Shown here: positions 1 to 11,239 of the stretch, piece after piece
How the letters are laid out: every line of letters begins with the position of its first letter
Numbering within the stretch: the first letter of the stretch is position 1
Source of the DNA: Candidatus Saccharimonadota bacterium
Lineage (GTDB): Bacteria; Patescibacteriota; Saccharimonadia; CAILAD01; BJGX01
DNA: 64,000 bases
Assembly (NCBI GenBank): GCA_016191105.1
Contig: JACPPH010000005.1
Coordinates: forward strand, 721 to 64,720
Direction: 5' to 3'
Notes under the pieces: generated by a model
Database searches by the model: none
Told to the model about the DNA's origin: nothing
The model's input: only the letters and a program-made list of their open reading frames with translations
Program-made: the position numbers and the translations under genes

Positions 1-324
1 CGACATAGGCTCAAGTTCTATGGCGAGACCTGCCCACATTGCATGGCAATGAAGCCAGTTGTGGCGCAGCTCGAAAAAGATTTAGATATTGAGATTCAAA
101 AACTCGAGGTATGGAACAACGCTAAGAACCAAGAGGTAATGAAAAAGTACGAAGATATTATTGGTGAAGCCTGTGGTGGCATGGCTGGCGTGCCAAGCTT
201 TGTAAATACCGAAACCAAACAGGCCTTATGTGGTGCTCACGACCCGGCCGATCTCAAATTGTTGATTGATGGTGCTGACTGCAAAGACAATGTCTGTAAG
301 CCCCACAGCAAAATGAAGAAGTAA
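1..324 (+). CDS. Thioredoxin-like protein, 5' end outside window
   Basis: Frame 1 is open from base 1: RHRLKFYGETCPHCMAMKP (CxxC motif), and VPSF cis-Pro motif later. Confidence 0.8.
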   Translation, partial: RHRLKFYGETCPHCMAMKPVVAQLEKDLDIEIQKLEVWNNAKNQEVMKKYEDIIGEACGGMAGVPSFVNTETKQALCGAHDPADLKLLIDGADCKDNVCKPHSKMKK

Positions 325-500
325 CTAGGAGAGCATTTATTATCAAGCAAGAGCAAAAAAAACCAGCCTGGTTGCGGCTAAATCGATTGGCCGGTCGGCT
401 GGGAATTCGCAAAGACAAGTCTAGCGGAAGCAAGCCCGACCAGCGCGAACTGCGTGGCCACGAACACCCTAAAGAGCCAGAGCGTAACAAAAAATAGCCA

Positions 501-788
501 ATGGAAAAGCTGCCTAGGTTTAGTTTGTATATTGCGGCAACACTCGAAATTATTTGGATTGCAGCGCTTTTATTTGCTGTCGGCACGGGCAATATAACCA
601 GATCATTGCTACTGTTTTTGTTTTTGCTTTTCTTGCCTCTAGCGGCTACTGCTGTAGCACTGGCCGGTTTTTTTGCACATCATAAAAAGCCGATCTTGTT
701 TGTTATACTGGCCGGCATAATTGAGTTTGCAATGATCCTTTTGGTGGCAATTGTAGCTATTGGCTTGGGCAGTCTCCAACTTACTTGA
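501..788 (+). CDS. Small hypothetical membrane protein (3 TM)
   Basis: 95-aa hydrophobic ORF. Confidence 0.6.
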   Translation: MEKLPRFSLYIAATLEIIWIAALLFAVGTGNITRSLLLFLFLLFLPLAATAVALAGFFAHHKKPILFVILAGIIEFAMILLVAIVAIGLGSLQLT

Positions 789-840
789 GCCAGGCACCTG
801 TTGCGGTTACAATAGAAGCATAAGCTAAATAGGAGCTTCT

Positions 841-1854
<1,014 letters not shown>

Positions 1855-1861
1855 TATAGCA

Positions 1862-2317
1862 ATGAAGGTATTTATTGCCTCAGACCACCGCGGTTTTGTA
1901 AAAAAGAACGAGCTAGCCGAAAAGCTATCGAAGAATTACGAAGTGGTAGACTTAGGCCCCGAAAATCTTAACCCGGCCGACGATTATCCGGTTTTTGCCG
2001 AGCGTGTGGCCCGAGCTGTGGTAGAAGATCCTGGCAGTTTTGGTGTGCTGCTGTGCAATAGCGGCGAGGGCATGGAGATAGCTGCCAACAAGGTTAATGG
2101 CGCCCGCGCTGCGCTTGTTTGGCAAGAACACATAGCTCGCGAAACCCGGGCCGACAACGATAGCAACATAGTCGTTTTTGCTAGCGATGAGCATGGAGTA
2201 GAGGCGCTTCACAAGATGACCGAAGTTTTTTTGGACACAAAATTTTCTGGTGCAAAGCGGCACAAGCGCCGGCTGCACGAAATAGAGCAAATCGAACAAG
2301 AAGAGTCGAATGATTAA
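1862..2317 (+). CDS. rpiB: Ribose-5-phosphate isomerase B
   Basis: IASDHRG, DDYP, CNSGEGMEIAANKV, RHKRR. Confidence 0.93.
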   Translation: MKVFIASDHRGFVKKNELAEKLSKNYEVVDLGPENLNPADDYPVFAERVARAVVEDPGSFGVLLCNSGEGMEIAANKVNGARAALVWQEHIARETRADNDSNIVVFASDEHGVEALHKMTEVFLDTKFSGAKRHKRRLHEIEQIEQEESND

Positions 2318-2486
2318 TACTCACAATAAAACCACTTCTGATCTGCAGATCCACCAGGCGCTAATCTATCCGTCTTTTTCTTCGCAACATAGCTACGGCT
2401 ATGCTTTGTCGAAAGAAAAAGAAAACGAATATTTTATTCACCGAGTAAATTTTCGAAATTCAAAAGGGGTTTACTGTGAGTATTAA
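2313..2486. mobile_element. MITE-like element with terminal inverted repeats, inserted at the rpe start
   Basis: TIR ttaatactcacaataaaacc ... ggtttactgtgagtattaa; attaa repeated at both ends; internal hairpin catagc-tacg-gctatg. Confidence 0.7.
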
Positions 2487-3111
2487 AATAGTGCCGGCAG
2501 TTTTGGTAAAAACTAAGGAAGAATACAATCAGCGGGTGGGGGTTATTCGCCAACTAACCGATCGTTTTCAACTAGACGTAATAGATGCAGACTTTGTGGA
2601 CAATCCGACCTTGAGCTTGCAAGAAGTTGGCCGCCCGGCCGATCTAAAGATCGACCTTGACATGATGGTGGGCGATCCGCGCAAATATTACGACCATATT
2701 ATTCGCTTACACCCCTACACGGTTATATTGCATTTTGAATGCCAAGTGGAGTTGGGCCCTGTAATAGAAAAGATTAAGAAGTCTGGTTTACGGGCTGGGC
2801 TTGCTATCGACCCCGAAACTCCAGTTAAAAAAATTAAAGGTCTTATTGAGTATCTCGACTACTTCCAAATAATGGGCCATTCATCGGGCTTTGCTGGTCA
2901 GAAATTTCAACCAGAGGTACTAAATAAAATTCCAGAAGTTCGTAAACTAAGGCCGGATATTGAATTGGGGCTTGATAGCGGTGTGCGCGAACAAACTTTG
3001 AAAAAAATCTGCTCAACCGACTTAGATGTGGTTGCTGTGAATACATATTTATTTGAGACCGAGGACTCACTGAATCGCTACAGCACAATTTTGGCGGAGT
3101 GTATGCAGTGA
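2476..3111 (+). CDS. rpe: Ribulose-phosphate 3-epimerase family protein
   Basis: IVPAVL, QLDVIDADFV, GFAGQKF; between rpiB and transketolase; some catalytic residues diverged. Confidence 0.8.
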   Translation: MSIKIVPAVLVKTKEEYNQRVGVIRQLTDRFQLDVIDADFVDNPTLSLQEVGRPADLKIDLDMMVGDPRKYYDHIIRLHPYTVILHFECQVELGPVIEKIKKSGLRAGLAIDPETPVKKIKGLIEYLDYFQIMGHSSGFAGQKFQPEVLNKIPEVRKLRPDIELGLDSGVREQTLKKICSTDLDVVAVNTYLFETEDSLNRYSTILAECMQ

Positions 3112-3119
3112 TCAAGCCA

Positions 3120-3998
3120 ATGACTACCAAGCAATTAGAATTGACCGCCAACGAAATTCGGCAGACTATTATTAAAATGTTGGTCGAAGCCGGCAGCGGC
3201 CACACAGCTGGTCCGCTTGGCATGGCCGATGTGTTTACGGCGCTGTTTTTTGGCGGAGTGCTAAATTATAGAGCCAAGGAGCCAAACTGGGAAGAGCGCG
3301 ATCGACTTGTTTTGAGCAACGGCCATATCAACCCTGTGCTGTATGTAACCATGTCGAAGGCAGGCTACTTTGCGCACAAAGAGCTAGCGACTTTGCGCAA
3401 GTTTAACACCCGCCTACAAGGCCACCCCGAGCGTACTCGGTTGCCGGGCTTAGAGACTACCAGCGGTCCGCTCGGCTCTGGAATCAGCCAGGCCTCAGGC
3501 ATGGCCTACGGGCTGAGGATGGACGGCAAGAAGTTGCAGCGGGTTTATTGCCTGTGTAGCGATGGCGAACTACAAGAGGGTAATAGTTGGGAGGCAATTA
3601 TGTTTGCCGGCAAAAACAAACTCAGCAACCTAACCGTAATTGTAGATCGTAACAACATCCAAATCGATGGTAACACCGAAGATGTGATGCCACTAGAGCC
3701 ACTAGCCATGAAATGGCAGGCTTTTAATTGGCACGTAATAGAGGTTGATGGTCACAATTTCGATGAAATAATTGGTGCTTGTAATCAAGCCAAAGCAATT
3801 TTTGAAAAGCCAACTTGCATTATTGCTCACACTATTCCTGGCAAAGGTGTAGATTTTATGGAATACGATTTTCGTTGGCACGGCATACCGCCCGACAAGC
3901 AAGACATTCCTGGCGATCCACCGAAAGCTGTTCAGGACAGAGTAGCCCTCGACAGGCTCCGGACCCTAAACGGCCGCATCAGGAGTGAGCATGAATAA
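3120..3998 (+). CDS. Transketolase N-terminal (TPP-binding) subunit
   Basis: SGHTAGPL, RDRLVLSNGH, LQGHP, SDGELQEG. Confidence 0.95.
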   Translation: MTTKQLELTANEIRQTIIKMLVEAGSGHTAGPLGMADVFTALFFGGVLNYRAKEPNWEERDRLVLSNGHINPVLYVTMSKAGYFAHKELATLRKFNTRLQGHPERTRLPGLETTSGPLGSGISQASGMAYGLRMDGKKLQRVYCLCSDGELQEGNSWEAIMFAGKNKLSNLTVIVDRNNIQIDGNTEDVMPLEPLAMKWQAFNWHVIEVDGHNFDEIIGACNQAKAIFEKPTCIIAHTIPGKGVDFMEYDFRWHGIPPDKQDIPGDPPKAVQDRVALDRLRTLNGRIRSEHE

Positions 3999-4974
3999 AT
4001 CACAGCATTTGAGCAACAAACTTTTTCGCGACGACATTGAGATGCTGCCAATACGCAAAGGCTTTGGCGATGGCTTGCTAGAGGCTGGCAAAAAAGATAG
4101 CGAAATTGTTGCGCTGAGCGCAGACCTTGTAGAGTCTACGCAAATGCAAGCCTTTGCTTTAAAATATCCGGATCGCTACATAGAGATTGGTGTAGCCGAA
4201 CAGAACCTAGTTACGGTTGCTAGCGGCTTAGCAGCGGTTGGCAAGCGCCCGTTTGTAACTAGCTACGCTGGCTTTAGCCCGGGTCGCAATTGGGAGCAAA
4301 TTAGAACTACAATCTGCTTAAATAATAGAAATGTAAAGATTGTTGGTAGCCACGCCGGTGTTTCGGTGGGGCCCGATGGCGCAACCCACCAAATGCTCGA
4401 AGACATTGCGCTTATGCGGGTGCTGCCAAACATGGTGGTGGTGGTGCCGACCGATGTACACGAGGCTCAAAAAGCTACTTTGGCCTTAGCCAAAATCCAA
4501 AAACCGGCTTACTTGCGGCTAGCTCGCGAAAAAACTGCCGTTATTACAACCGAAAAATCACCATTTGAGATTGGTAAAGCTCAGATCTTACAATCTGGTA
4601 GTGATATTACAGTTGTAGCTTGTGGGCCATTGGTTTACGAAGCTTTGAAAGCGGCTCACACACTGACAGGCAAGGCTTCGGTCGAGGTAATAAATAGCTC
4701 CAGCATTAAACCGCTCGATGAACAAACAATTACCAAAAGTGCCCATAAAACCGGCTGCGTAGTGACTGTCGAAGAAGCCCAGGCAGCTGGCGGACTGGGT
4801 GGTGCTGTGGCTGAGTTGTTGGCCAGGACCTATCCGGTGCCGGTTAGTCGTGTGGGTGTACACGATAGATTTGGTCAATCGGGCGAAGTTCAACAGCTCT
4901 GGCAGGAATATCAATTAGATGCCCCGGCCATATCGGCGGCGATTCTGGCGACCATAGAAGGCAAGCAAAAATGA
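3991..4974 (+). CDS. Transketolase C-terminal subunit
   Basis: GVAEQN, GPDGATHQ, IKPLD, VTVEE. Confidence 0.95.
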   Translation: MNKSQHLSNKLFRDDIEMLPIRKGFGDGLLEAGKKDSEIVALSADLVESTQMQAFALKYPDRYIEIGVAEQNLVTVASGLAAVGKRPFVTSYAGFSPGRNWEQIRTTICLNNRNVKIVGSHAGVSVGPDGATHQMLEDIALMRVLPNMVVVVPTDVHEAQKATLALAKIQKPAYLRLAREKTAVITTEKSPFEIGKAQILQSGSDITVVACGPLVYEALKAAHTLTGKASVEVINSSSIKPLDEQTITKSAHKTGCVVTVEEAQAAGGLGGAVAELLARTYPVPVSRVGVHDRFGQSGEVQQLWQEYQLDAPAISAAILATIEGKQK

Positions 4975-5954
4975 GCTACGACCTAATTGTACTTGGCTCT
5001 TCAGCCATGGATGTTTTTGCTGTTTCAAGGAGGCTAAAGCCAGAGAAGCACGACCGTCATGAGCTTATTGTGCTTCCTAGTGAGCAAATACTATGGCTCG
5101 ATAATGCTATTCACGATGTTGGTGGTGGCGGACTAATTGCGGCTGTACTTTGTGCTCGCCAGGGTCTTAAGCCGGCTTTGGTTAGCAAGCTTGGTGCCGA
5201 CATTTTTGCCCGTACCATTGAGCAAATTTTGAGCGAAGAAAAGGTGGGTCTAGACCACATAGTGACTGATCGTAAGCACCACACCGACAACACCATTCGG
5301 CTGACCGTCAACGGTAAGCACCAAACACTCTTAAAATACCAGGGCTCATACATAAGCCTTACCCCGCGCGAGATCAAGATGCCAAAAGTTAAAAAAGGCT
5401 GGCTATACATTGCTACTCTGCCGGCAGAATATAAGACATTGCGCACAGCTGTAAATTGGGCTAAGCAGCACAAGTTGAATGTAGCTATTCACCCCAATAA
5501 TGTTCACACTCTTAAATCTAACCGGCTGTGGTCGCTACTGGCAGAATGCGATCTGGTAATCTTGAATAGAGATGAATTGAGTATGCTATTGGGGGGTTAC
5601 TACAGTGCTACTGAGGGACTGGTAGCCGCACATCAACACGGCCTAAAAAAACTAGCCCTATACGACGGTCTCGAGGGCTCTTACTATATGAACGAGAACA
5701 ACATTTTTCATGCCCCGGCCTACAAAAAGACCAAACCACTCGAAATAACCGGTGCCGAAGATAGTTTTGCAGCTGGACTTTTGGCGGCCACAATTGCCGG
5801 CGAGACAGTTGCCAAATGCCTGGCTTTAGCTGGCGCCCAAGCAGCAGCATCGTTAAGCGTGGTGGGGGGGCGCTCAGGCATATTACGCAAGCCACTGGTT
5901 AAGGAGCAAAAACTTAAGCACTTTGTGATTTCGGACCAAACGAGGCATAATTAG
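4971..5954 (+). CDS. PfkB family carbohydrate kinase
   Basis: GGGG N-terminal motif, ITGAEDSFAAG (variant of DTxGAGD). Confidence 0.85.
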   Translation: MSYDLIVLGSSAMDVFAVSRRLKPEKHDRHELIVLPSEQILWLDNAIHDVGGGGLIAAVLCARQGLKPALVSKLGADIFARTIEQILSEEKVGLDHIVTDRKHHTDNTIRLTVNGKHQTLLKYQGSYISLTPREIKMPKVKKGWLYIATLPAEYKTLRTAVNWAKQHKLNVAIHPNNVHTLKSNRLWSLLAECDLVILNRDELSMLLGGYYSATEGLVAAHQHGLKKLALYDGLEGSYYMNENNIFHAPAYKKTKPLEITGAEDSFAAGLLAATIAGETVAKCLALAGAQAAASLSVVGGRSGILRKPLVKEQKLKHFVISDQTRHN

Positions 5955-5970
5955 GTAAAGGAGAAAGCTG

Positions 5971-6978
5971 GTGAAAAACAACTTCGAGTTTATAGCCGTA
6001 GGCGATGTAGTGACCGACGCTTTTATTGAGCTTCTGTCGACCGAAGCCAAGGTCGAGCAAGACAGATCACATCACCCCTTGTTGTGTATGACCTATGGCA
6101 CCAAGATTCCTTTTCAGGAGGCGATCGTTGTTCCAGCTGTTGGCAACGCTGCCAATGCCGCTGTAGCAGCGGCTCGCCTGGGATTAAACACGGGGTTCAT
6201 AAGCGATGTTGGCAATGACGACAACGGCCGTGAAATGCTCCATAGCTTAACCAATAATAACGTTTCGACCGAATTTGTAAGGATTCACCATGGCAAACAC
6301 AGCAACTATCATTACGTGTTGTGGTATAAGGCCGATCGCACAATTTTAATTAAGCACGAAGCCTACGACTATCGCTGGCCCAGGCTACATGATCACAATA
6401 AGTCAGAATGGTTGTATATGAGCTCAATCGCCGAAAGTGGTGAACCAATTCATGTTGGGCTTGCCAAGTATCTGGAGGCCAACAAAGATGTTAAGTTTGC
6501 TTTTCAACCAGGAACATTTCAGATACGTGAGGGCAAAGCCAAACTTGCTAAACTTTATAGCCGAGCCGAAGTTTTCGCGGCCAACAAAGAGGAGTTTCAG
6601 CAAATCTTGAACAGCAATTCGAATGATGAAAAAATCTTAATAAACGATATGCACAAACTTGGCCCCAAAGTCGTGTTGCTAACCGATGGCCCCAAGGGCG
6701 CGTTTGCTAGTGATGGTAAAGAGGTGGTGTTTATGCCACCCTACCCAGACCCCAAGCCACCCTATGATCGCACCGGCGCCGGTGATGCTTATGCCAGCAC
6801 ATTTACAGCCGCCTTGGCACAGGGCAAGGATTTGGCCACCGGCTTGGCGTGGGCCGGCGTGAATTCTATGAGTGTGGTGCAGCAAGTCGGCGCTCAAGCC
6901 GGACTGCTCAAAAAGCCAGAGATTGATCACTGGCTCAAGAAAGCGCCAACTAGTTTTAAACCTAAGTTGGTGAATTAG
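5971..6978 (+). CDS. PfkB family carbohydrate kinase
   Basis: GNAANAA, DRTGAGDAY. Confidence 0.92.
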   Translation: MKNNFEFIAVGDVVTDAFIELLSTEAKVEQDRSHHPLLCMTYGTKIPFQEAIVVPAVGNAANAAVAAARLGLNTGFISDVGNDDNGREMLHSLTNNNVSTEFVRIHHGKHSNYHYVLWYKADRTILIKHEAYDYRWPRLHDHNKSEWLYMSSIAESGEPIHVGLAKYLEANKDVKFAFQPGTFQIREGKAKLAKLYSRAEVFAANKEEFQQILNSNSNDEKILINDMHKLGPKVVLLTDGPKGAFASDGKEVVFMPPYPDPKPPYDRTGAGDAYASTFTAALAQGKDLATGLAWAGVNSMSVVQQVGAQAGLLKKPEIDHWLKKAPTSFKPKLVN

Positions 6979-6981
6979 TCT

Positions 6982-7503
6982 ATGAATAAATCTCCAGATC
7001 CGATTTTACAAACAGAGGGTATTTTGTTTTTTCAGAATCCAAACGACAAACTTCAGTCTAAGTTAATGCAGCATTCAAAGTTTGGCAGTTTATGTTCAGA
7101 CGGCAAGCAGATTTGGTGGCAGTCCGATTCGCAGAAGCTTTTTAGAACCCGCTTAAAAAGCGCATCGGTCAGAATCGAAAACGAAAGCCAAAGAGAAGCA
7201 ACTTTGCAGAATAAGCTGCCTTACATGCGCCTAACAGCTGACACTAGAGATTATTGGATTGATTTTGGACCAAATGCTTTTGCTGGTCCAACTGCAGCGT
7301 TGCTATCTAGCCGAAGGGTACAATACACCAATGCTTGGCTAAAACTATTTAACGGCGGTTCAGTTGCCGAAGCTCAGAAGATTGCCAACGAAAAAAGTCA
7401 TAGCAATCGAAACAGTTTGATAATTATCTGCACAGTACTTGGCATCTTCTTGCTAGCAGCGGGTTTGATCTGGATTTTCTTGCCAAAACTCTCGGGCTTT
7501 TAG
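6982..7503 (+). CDS. Hypothetical protein with C-terminal TM helix
   Basis: 173-aa ORF in operon orientation. Confidence 0.6.
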   Translation: MNKSPDPILQTEGILFFQNPNDKLQSKLMQHSKFGSLCSDGKQIWWQSDSQKLFRTRLKSASVRIENESQREATLQNKLPYMRLTADTRDYWIDFGPNAFAGPTAALLSSRRVQYTNAWLKLFNGGSVAEAQKIANEKSHSNRNSLIIICTVLGIFLLAAGLIWIFLPKLSGF

Positions 7504-7791
7504 ATGAGCCTAAACAAGGTTTACCCTTGTACAAGGGTAAACCTTGTTTGCGGTTATTATGGTCGTCTCTGGCAATGGGATAAGATCAGGAATAACCAAA
7601 AATGGATAGTTCAATTCGTCTCCACCGATGACTCATATATCTCAATTGAAGAAGCGCGCCATATTCACAAGGAGCTCAAAACGGAATATCACGAGCAAAA
7701 TGATCAAGGTCACTATGGCAGCGATGTGAGCGAGAAGCTTGAATTTCCTGAGTTGGTTAAGATTATCACTAAGAAGCTCAAACATGACTAG
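7504..7791 (+). CDS. Hypothetical ORF or gene remnant whose 5' end contains the REP
   Basis: 95-aa ORF; N-terminus encoded by the palindrome. Confidence 0.3.
   Translation: MSLNKVYPCTRVNLVCGYYGRLWQWDKIRNNQKWIVQFVSTDDSYISIEEARHIHKELKTEYHEQNDQGHYGSDVSEKLEFPELVKIITKKLKHD
7512..7549. repeat. REP doublet, perfect 38-bp palindrome (RAYT-associated family)
   Basis: aaacaaggtttacccttg-ta-caagggtaaaccttgttt; same unit as 47357-47392. Confidence 0.85.
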
Positions 7792-7838
7792 GTCAAAAGC
7801 ACTTTAGCCTTTTATAATAGCTTGCTATAATACTGCTT

Positions 7839-8762
7839 ATGTATGATTTAATCATCGTGGGCGCTGGGCCGGCCGGTATGACCGCTGGAGTATATGCCGC
7901 CCGCAAAGAACTAAAAACCCTGGTAATTAGTCGAGATGTAGGTGGTCAGGCGGCCTGGAGTAGCGACATCGAAAACTACTTGGGCTTTAGTATGATCACC
8001 GGGCCAGATTTGGTTAAGAAGTTCGAAAACCACCTCGAAGAATTCAAGGATCATGTTGAGTTGCGGCTGGTGCCCAGCGGGGTTAAAAAGATCGAGAAGT
8101 CTGGCAAACACTTTAAGGTTACAACTGGCGACGGCAAGAGCGAACAGGCTCGTAGCATAATAGTCGCTGGCGGCAAGGTGCCACGACCACTTGGTGTAAA
8201 AGGCGAGCAAGAGTATTTGAACAAAGGCGTGGCCTATTGTGCTTGGTGCGACGGCCCGCTGTTTCGCAACAAAGAAGTTGCAATTATTGGTGGCGGCAAT
8301 GCCGCGCTCGATGCCGCGCTCAATTTGGCCAAGACGGTTAAACAGATATATATAGTAAACATAACCGCCGAGCTGACCGGCGATCCAATAATGATCGATA
8401 AAGTAAAGGCTGCAGTCCACGCCCGAATTTTAAACAATACCGAGGTAGTAGAAATTAAGGGCGATAAATTTGTTAACTCGATTGTTATTAAGCCCCACGA
8501 CTACAGCGCTACCAAAGAGCTGCCGGTTGAGGGCGTGTTTGTGGAGGTGGGCAGCTTGCCGGCTACAGATTACCTAAAGGGTCTGGTGAAGCTCAACCAG
8601 GCTAACGAGATAGTTATAGATAAGAACAATATGAGCTCGGTACCAGGAATATTTGCGGCCGGCGATATTACCGACGTGATTGAAAAACAAATTATTACAG
8701 CCGCTGGCGAAGGCGCTAAGGCTTCGATAGAGGCCTCCCAGTATCTAGCCAAGCAGGGCTAA
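7839..8762 (+). CDS. trxB: Thioredoxin reductase / AhpF-like NAD(P)/FAD oxidoreductase
   Basis: IIVGAGPAG, YCAWCDG, IIGGGNAA, FAAGD. Confidence 0.9.
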   Translation: MYDLIIVGAGPAGMTAGVYAARKELKTLVISRDVGGQAAWSSDIENYLGFSMITGPDLVKKFENHLEEFKDHVELRLVPSGVKKIEKSGKHFKVTTGDGKSEQARSIIVAGGKVPRPLGVKGEQEYLNKGVAYCAWCDGPLFRNKEVAIIGGGNAALDAALNLAKTVKQIYIVNITAELTGDPIMIDKVKAAVHARILNNTEVVEIKGDKFVNSIVIKPHDYSATKELPVEGVFVEVGSLPATDYLKGLVKLNQANEIVIDKNNMSSVPGIFAAGDITDVIEKQIITAAGEGAKASIEASQYLAKQG

Positions 8763-8817
8763 TCTAAAATCTGTTATGCTATAATCAAATTCTTAACTCA
8801 GAAACAAGGAGATTCCT

Positions 8818-9306
8818 GTGTCGCCCAATAAAAAATCTGTCGACGGCATGATTGTTCGCTCAGCCCAGCCCAAAACACCGGCCAAGAAGCCAGTGCCCAC
8901 TAAGACCCAACCCCCTAAGCAGCCAGTAGACACCAAGCCTGCTGCACAGAACAGTGTCCAGCTTAAGTCTGAACCAGCCAATCCCAATCAGCCGCCCTTA
9001 ACGGGGTGGAGCTGGGGCGCGTTTTTGCTTAACTGGATCTGGGGAATAGGCAACCATGTCTGGATTGCATTGCTGGTTTTGATTCCAATAGCCCCAATTA
9101 ACCTAATCCTCGCGATCTACTTGGGTTTAAAGGGCAATGAATTAGCTTGGCGGGCAAGACAATGGGAAAGCCCTGAGAAATTTATTGAAGCCCAAAGGCA
9201 GTGGGCCAAGTGGGGTGTTGTTATTCTCATTCTTGGTGTAGTAGTGGTCTTAGCTTCAATTGCACTGGTAGCTTTGCTAGCCAGCTCCACCACCACTGGC
9301 TATTAA
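8818..9306 (+). CDS. Membrane protein with WSWGAF motif
   Basis: WSWGAFLLNWIW...LGLKGNELAW; Pro/Lys-rich N-terminus. Confidence 0.75.
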   Translation: MSPNKKSVDGMIVRSAQPKTPAKKPVPTKTQPPKQPVDTKPAAQNSVQLKSEPANPNQPPLTGWSWGAFLLNWIWGIGNHVWIALLVLIPIAPINLILAIYLGLKGNELAWRARQWESPEKFIEAQRQWAKWGVVILILGVVVVLASIALVALLASSTTTGY

Positions 9307-9380
9307 AATATGTTAGCTACTAACTATTTTTTAGGTACTCAAGATAGAGTATAATTAATGGTCTAAGGGAGAACCGTAAG

Positions 9381-9632
9381 ATGGCAGATGGGTCAGGATC
9401 AGGCAAAGCGATTATCTACACTACACCGTGGTGCCAGTTTTGCAAACATGTTGAAGCTTACTTAGATGAACAAAAATATCCCTACGAGAAAATCGATGTT
9501 TCAACCAATCAGGCTAAGGCTCAAGAGATGGTAGAAAAATCGGGTCAAATGGGGGTGCCGGTAACAGAGATCAAAGATCAGATTATTGTTGGTTGGGATA
9601 AGCCTAGGTTTGAGGCTCTGTTTTCTAAATAG
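9381..9632 (+). CDS. Glutaredoxin-like (NrdH/YruB) protein
   Basis: YTTPWCQFC, SGQMGVPV, IVGWD. Confidence 0.92.
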   Translation: MADGSGSGKAIIYTTPWCQFCKHVEAYLDEQKYPYEKIDVSTNQAKAQEMVEKSGQMGVPVTEIKDQIIVGWDKPRFEALFSK

Positions 9633-9755
9633 TTTTGTTGTTGATAGGTTTGTCTGGTTCATATAGATGAGCGCCGCTTAGATTTGACATCTGACACTGT
9701 TTGTATTACCATAAGCGTAATAACCAGCAGCTGCTAATGATGCCAAAAAACAAAC

Positions 9756-10859
9756 ATGCCAGCTAAGCCGCGTACCGGTAAGTCCCAACCCCTAGGCAAA
9801 AAGGGTGCTTTTAGGTTTCGATGGTGGATGGTGGTAGTTTTGGTAATGATTGTAGCGGTAGTCGGCATAGCCGTGCTGCGGTTTTCCAGAGCCAGCGGCA
9901 GTCAGGGGATTATGTTGCCCGACAGCCCCTATACTCGGCATGATGGTGGTGAATTCACCTCTTCTGCAGATGGTATTGCTTGGACGACAAGCGTAAATAA
10001 TATTGGGCCTGGAACCTGGCAGTGGTATGGCCCTTTCGAAAAACTTACGGTTTGGCCCAATGATGCTGCCAAGTCGGTGGTTGCTTGCTGGACATTACGC
10101 GATAACTTGCCTTATGGCATACAGGCCGAGTATGCGCTCGATATAACCGCCGACAACGGTGCAAAGGTTTTAGGTAGTCGGATGGTCAGGGGGCAAGAAG
10201 GCGCCTTTAAAACTGTTGCTAACTCGCTAACCCAACAGTGCCTGAGCGCAAATATAGATAATGGTTATTATGATCTGAACAGGGTTGAGTATCGTCTTAG
10301 CATGCGCCGGGGTTCAGTAAGTATTTTTCGTGCCAATCGACAGCTAGTTGGTGCAATTACGAGTGATATGCAATTAGCTACTAGTTTTCCAGCCTACATA
10401 TGGCCCTTGTTGCCAGGAGTTGGCAGTGTACGCGGGCCAGATGCGCAGGGTGGTGGCTGCTGGGGAGGCCCGCGTCCGGGCCGGCCGCACAATGGCCTAG
10501 ACATATTTGCGCCTGATGGTTCCCAAGTGATATCTGTACAGGGGGGTACGGTGGTAAATATTGACAACCCACCAGACCCAGCTGGCTTTGGGCGCTTTCT
10601 GATAGTGAAAAACGACGACGGCCGCTACGCACTCTACGGGCACGTTAAAGATGTGCGTGTTGGTGTGGGCGAGCGTGTAGCGCAAGGACAGTGGATTGCA
10701 AGCGTTAGCAATACCGGCAATGCCGAAGGGGTAGGCAGCCAACTACACCTACAGATCCAGACCAACTATAACGGCAGTGCCTCAACTACTTTTGGCCAAA
10801 CTATAAACCCTGCAAGCATACTGCCCCAGACACGACTACTAAACGGTTGCACACTATAG
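9756..10859 (+). CDS. Exported M23 family peptidase
   Basis: N-terminal TM; HNGLD, LYGH, VSNTG, QLHLQI. Confidence 0.85.
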   Translation: MPAKPRTGKSQPLGKKGAFRFRWWMVVVLVMIVAVVGIAVLRFSRASGSQGIMLPDSPYTRHDGGEFTSSADGIAWTTSVNNIGPGTWQWYGPFEKLTVWPNDAAKSVVACWTLRDNLPYGIQAEYALDITADNGAKVLGSRMVRGQEGAFKTVANSLTQQCLSANIDNGYYDLNRVEYRLSMRRGSVSIFRANRQLVGAITSDMQLATSFPAYIWPLLPGVGSVRGPDAQGGGCWGGPRPGRPHNGLDIFAPDGSQVISVQGGTVVNIDNPPDPAGFGRFLIVKNDDGRYALYGHVKDVRVGVGERVAQGQWIASVSNTGNAEGVGSQLHLQIQTNYNGSASTTFGQTINPASILPQTRLLNGCTL

Positions 10860-11239
10860 TTAAAAAAGGATACCAAACAGGTAAGGCGACAAAATAAAAA
10901 TAGCAGCACGAAGTGATGTATAACAATCATTGTTATCGCACCGATTGCAATTGTTGGTATCGCCTTCGTCGGGCTGGCACCAAATAGTATAAAGCCCAAA
11001 GCCATGGGGGTAGCTGAGTACTTTATGGCAACAGCTCGGACAACATGCCACAACCAAATGATGCTAAAAGTTGGCAATATTTAAAGCCAAGAATGCAAGA
11101 ATAAAAGAAAGGCCAACCAAATCAATAGCTAGCCGACTGTACAGGCGCAAGAAATCAATATAATCCCCCAGAGCCAGAACTGCCACTATAACTTTCAGGC
11201 AAAGAGGAATAGTAGTTGCTTGACTGCTATAATTAGCAT

